DNA of 64,000 nt from assembly GCA_029881725.1 (NCBI GenBank), contig JAOUMB010000004.1, positions 26,729-90,728 on the forward strand. Direction: 5' to 3'. This stretch comes from Nitrospirota bacterium. Lineage in GTDB: Bacteria; Nitrospirota; JACRHL01. Each line of letters starts with the position of its first letter. Positions within the stretch are counted from its first letter, which is position 1. Below the pieces are notes generated by a model. That model saw only the letters and a program-made list of their open reading frames with translations, made no database searches and was not told where the DNA came from. This document shows, in pieces, positions 60,595-64,000 of this stretch. A program made the translations under genes and the position numbers.

Positions 60595-60902
60595 CGCCTC
60601 CTATTTGAAACGCAGGGAACGGCCCCCATGCAAAACCGACGTTCGTGACCAAGGGTCACAGGAAACCAAAACGGAAGCGAGGGAGTCAACCCGCCCCGCA
60701 TTCCGCAGACCCACATGGCCCGCGCGCGGCACCCCCCCCCCGGCGGGATCACCCGAAAAATTGGCGATATTAAAGGCGTCATGATAATTGGCATTGTGCT
60801 CGTGGCGCTGGCACGGTATTCGATGTGTATACATGTGCGTGAACCCGGTTCGGGAAACCACTCCGGTTTCCACACCGGTTCGATTTGGGGAGCTCGGGTG
60901 GT

Positions 60903-62345
60903 ATGCAACGATTCAACAGTTCAGCCCGTACACGCGGGCCGGTGTGGGGTTCCTGCCTGATGGCGTTGACGCTGTTCGGGGCGTCGGCGGCTTATGGGGA
61001 CGACGGGTTGGGAACCCTGGTGGTGGTGGGAGACTCGCTCTCCGCCGGATATCAAAACAGTTCATTGCTTGGCAGCCAGCAGAAACACGGGTTTGCCAGC
61101 CTGGTCGCCGAGGCGGGCGATACGGACCTGACCCTGCCGCTGATCGCCTATCCCGGCGTTCCGCCGGTGCTGGAATTGAAGGGCATTGTGGATGGCAACC
61201 CGGTCATTGCGCCGGTGGATTCGGTCTATCCGCTGCCGGACGGCACCTTCCCCCCGCGCATCGAGGCGTGGACGGAACTGGACAACGGCCGCCATGAGGG
61301 GTGGAGCCGGGGCCGGCACGACGGGTGGGACCGGGGTGGCCGACACGAGGGCACCCACCATGCCAAGGCCGACACCACGGTACACAACCTGGCGGTGCCG
61401 GGGCACACGGTGCTGGCGGCGCTGGGGCTGCGCCCGAACATGCTGACGGACGCGGAGAACGCCGCCCTCTATCCAGCCGACTATGCCCTGCTCAACGTAT
61501 GGACCAACCGGGTGCTGGGCGACCCGAACCTGCTGCCCATGAGCCAGGTGGAGCGCGCCATGGCGCTGGACCCGGACACCCTGCTGCTGTGGATCGGCGG
61601 CAATGATGTGCTGTGGGTGGCGGTTACCGGCAAGCTGGATGCGCTCACCGATCCGGCGGCATTCGCCCCCCCGTACACCATGCTGCTGGGGGCGTTGGCC
61701 ACGACCGGGGCGCGCGTGGCGGTGGCCAATCTGGTGGACATCACGGTGATTCCGTTCCTGACCCCCGCCGAACAGGTGGTGGCCCGGGTGGCGGCGGCGA
61801 TCGAGGCGGCCTACGGGCTGCCCCCCGGAAGCCAGATTCCCGCCGTGTCCGCGGTGCTGGGCATCGGCGCGGGAGACTACCTGAACCCGCTTGGCCTGGG
61901 ACTGGCGGGCGCCTTCATGGGTGCCGGTCTGGCCCTGCCGGACGAGGCGGTGGTGGATGCCGCTGAACTGGCCACGGTGCAGGCCGCCACGTCGGCCATG
62001 AATGCCCATATTGCGGCCATGGCCACCGCCACCGGCTCCACCCTGGTGGACGTGAACGGCCTGATGAACGACATCGACGCCAACGGGTATGCGGTGGGCG
62101 GCCAGGTGTTGACCACCGACTTCCTGGGCGGCCTGTTCACCCTGGATGGCATTCACCCCACCAACACCGCCCACGCGGTGTTGGCGAACGCCTTCATCGA
62201 TGCGTTGAACACCCGCTACGGCACGGGCATGGATGCGGTGGATGTGCTGGATGTGGCGCTGGAGGATCCGCTGATCTTCGTGGGCCTTGCGGGCGAGCCG
62301 GAATACCTGGCCCACCCCCAAGGGTCGGCCCACGGCCACCACTGA
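60903..62345 (+). CDS. secreted SGNH/GDSL-family hydrolase (lipase/acylhydrolase-like)
   Basis: Block I GDSLS (VVVGDSLSAGYQ), block V DGIHPT (DxxH), and a signal peptide if started at MQRFNSS (ATG ~60903). The track ORF begins at TTG 60885. Confidence 0.7.
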   Translation: MQRFNSSARTRGPVWGSCLMALTLFGASAAYGDDGLGTLVVVGDSLSAGYQNSSLLGSQQKHGFASLVAEAGDTDLTLPLIAYPGVPPVLELKGIVDGNPVIAPVDSVYPLPDGTFPPRIEAWTELDNGRHEGWSRGRHDGWDRGGRHEGTHHAKADTTVHNLAVPGHTVLAALGLRPNMLTDAENAALYPADYALLNVWTNRVLGDPNLLPMSQVERAMALDPDTLLLWIGGNDVLWVAVTGKLDALTDPAAFAPPYTMLLGALATTGARVAVANLVDITVIPFLTPAEQVVARVAAAIEAAYGLPPGSQIPAVSAVLGIGAGDYLNPLGLGLAGAFMGAGLALPDEAVVDAAELATVQAATSAMNAHIAAMATATGSTLVDVNGLMNDIDANGYAVGGQVLTTDFLGGLFTLDGIHPTNTAHAVLANAFIDALNTRYGTGMDAVDVLDVALEDPLIFVGLAGEPEYLAHPQGSAHGHH

Positions 62346-62534
62346 CGGGGGCGCCGGCACGGCGCGCACGGGGGGGGGCAGGACGGCTCGCCCGTGCGCA
62401 GCGGCTCGCAGGCATCCTGAAACGTCACCCGTTATCCCAGGTCAGTTCGGGACGGAGCGATGCCCGACAACGCCGGTGGACATTGGGCCGCACGATGCGC
62501 TGGCCAACCTGCGGCAGGCCGGATTTGGCCCCCC

Positions 62535-63416
62535 TCACTCCACCGCCATCCCCACCCGATCCCACCGCACCCCATTCGGGCCGAGCGACCAGTGAATCAC
62601 CCGCGCACGACCCCGAACATCCTCGTGGGGCAAAAATCCCCAAAACCGGCTGTCCAGCGCGTGGTCCCGGTTGTCTCCCATCACAAAGTAGTGTCCTTCC
62701 GGTACCCTCACCATGGACATGAAATCCCGGGGGTTCTGGTCCGCCGATAGGGTGCGTGGGTCCAGATGCTGCTCCTGTGGAATCCGGTACGGCTCGCCGT
62801 TCAGGTACACCACCTTTTCACGGATTTCCAGCGTGTCGCCGGGCATGCCAATCACCCGTTTGATGAAGGCCTTGGTGCGGTCCTCCGGGTAGGCAAAAAT
62901 GATCACGTCCCCCCGCTGCGGATGGGTGTCGCGCTCCGTAAAGCGGACCACCAACACGTGATCGCCGATCTCCAGCGCGGGTAGCATGGAGCCGCTGGAG
63001 ACCCTGTATGGGGGGACCCCCTGAGCCTCCCCCAAACTCTGCGCCATACTGGCAGTAACCGAAAGCAGAATCACCCCCAGATATACCGCCGGGCGGTTCC
63101 ACGGCCCGATGCAGTATTCCTCCCCCTCGCGCAGCGCGATGCGCACCGCCCACACCATTTGCCCCAGCCAGACGGCTACGCTCAGCACAAAATAACCGAA
63201 CACCACCGGAATCAAGGGGCCGTCCAACGCGACCAGCGTCCACATGGCCGCCAGCAGCACGGCAGGGGGCACTAACATCAGGAACAGGCCGGTGCGGCCC
63301 CGGCCCACATAAACGTGCCCCACACCCACAAAGAAGAATGAAAGAAACCCCGCCACCCACGCGCTGCGCGGTTTCCACCGGCTGGCCGGGTTTTCGGTAT
63401 CCGGACTCGCGCTCAT
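62535..63416 (-). CDS. lepB: signal peptidase I
   Basis: S26 motifs SGSMLPALEIGDHVLV (catalytic Ser) and FIKRVIGMPGD (catalytic Lys). Multi-TM N-terminus. Start at MSASPD was placed by residue offset; the exact base is unverified because my hand indexing disagreed there. Confidence 0.75.
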   Translation of the reverse strand: MSASPDTENPASRWKPRSAWVAGFLSFFFVGVGHVYVGRGRTGLFLMLVPPAVLLAAMWTLVALDGPLIPVVFGYFVLSVAVWLGQMVWAVRIALREGEEYCIGPWNRPAVYLGVILLSVTASMAQSLGEAQGVPPYRVSSGSMLPALEIGDHVLVVRFTERDTHPQRGDVIIFAYPEDRTKAFIKRVIGMPGDTLEIREKVVYLNGEPYRIPQEQHLDPRTLSADQNPRDFMSMVRVPEGHYFVMGDNRDHALDSRFWGFLPHEDVRGRARVIHWSLGPNGVRWDRVGMAVE

Positions 63417-63439
63417 TTTGTACTCCCCATCTTCCACCG

Positions 63440-64000
63440 TTATTCGTAAACGGTAGGGTCCCCCACTCCCGCCTCCGCAAATCCCTTCCTGCGTAAAATA
63501 CACGAGTCACACTCCCCGCACGCCCGCCCCGCCTCATCCGGGTCGTAACAACTGCGGGTAATCGCATAATCCACCCCCAGCCGCACCCCTTCCCGGATGA
63601 TCTCCGCCTTGCTCATGTGAATCAGCGGGGCGTGAATCGTGAACGGCCGCCCCTCCACCCCGGCCCTGGTGGCCAGATTGGCCAGCCGCTCGAAGGCCGC
63701 GATGTATTCCGGCCGGCAATCGGGATAGCCGGAATAGTCCAGCGCGTTGGCGCCGATGAAAATATCCCGCGCCCCCAGCACCTCCGCATAGCCCAGCGCC
63801 AGGGACAAAAACACCGTATTGCGCGCGGGCACGTAAGTGACCGGAATGTCCGCCCCCATCTGGTCGGCCTCGCGCCCCTTGGGCACGTCGATGGCGGCGG
63901 TGAGAGCACTGCCGCCGAGGATGTCCAGCCCGACCGGGACCGTCACATGCCCCGCCGCGCCACCGGCCTTCGCCACCGCAACGGACGCTTCCAGTTCCAC
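63440..64000 (-). CDS. queC: 7-cyano-7-deazaguanine synthase, C-terminal ~186 aa; the 5' end lies beyond the window
   Basis: C-terminal zinc-binding Cys cluster (CGECDSC) and [14 protein letters not shown] ... the ORF runs off the window edge. Confidence 0.85.
   Translation of the reverse strand: MELEASVAVAKAGGAAGHVTVPVGLDILGGSALTAAIDVPKGREADQMGADIPVTYVPARNTVFLSLALGYAEVLGARDIFIGANALDYSGYPDCRPEYIAAFERLANLATRAGVEGRPFTIHAPLIHMSKAEIIREGVRLGVDYAITRSCYDPDEAGRACGECDSCILRRKGFAEAGVGDPTVYE

Overview
This is a GC-rich (~65%) bacterial chromosomal segment with core gammaproteobacterial synteny: xseB-ispA-dxs, yceD-rpmF-plsX-fabH-fabD-fabG-acpP-fabF, gap-pgk-tpiA, rsmD-coaD and cmoA. I call about 66 protein-coding genes, one tRNA-Ala(CGC), two rho-independent terminators and no rRNA, CRISPR array or obvious mobile element. 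Most long ORFs antisense to real genes are GC-content shadow ORFs. The most unusual feature is a same-strand tandem array of six paralogous ~125-aa genes (55902-58689) that look like PilZ-type domains with mostly degenerate c-di-GMP motifs. Their spacers carry a 27-nt perfect palindrome and a 14-nt mini tandem repeat. Other items worth a second look are an ExeA/GspA-like AAA+ ATPase fused to a double zinc ribbon, two large PD40 beta-propeller lipoproteins, a tandem-duplicated ~108-bp structured intergenic element, an orphan ArsS-like radical-SAM protein, cmoA paired with an ICMT-like membrane methyltransferase where cmoB is expected, and an FeS/FAD/CbiA-like trio replacing the usual fab-cluster tail. 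Internal start coordinates were placed by residue offset from the ORF-track ends. Most agree with my manual base indexing, but hand indexing drifted in at least one place (lepB). Starts may therefore be off by a few codons, and nucleotide-level claims need recomputation.
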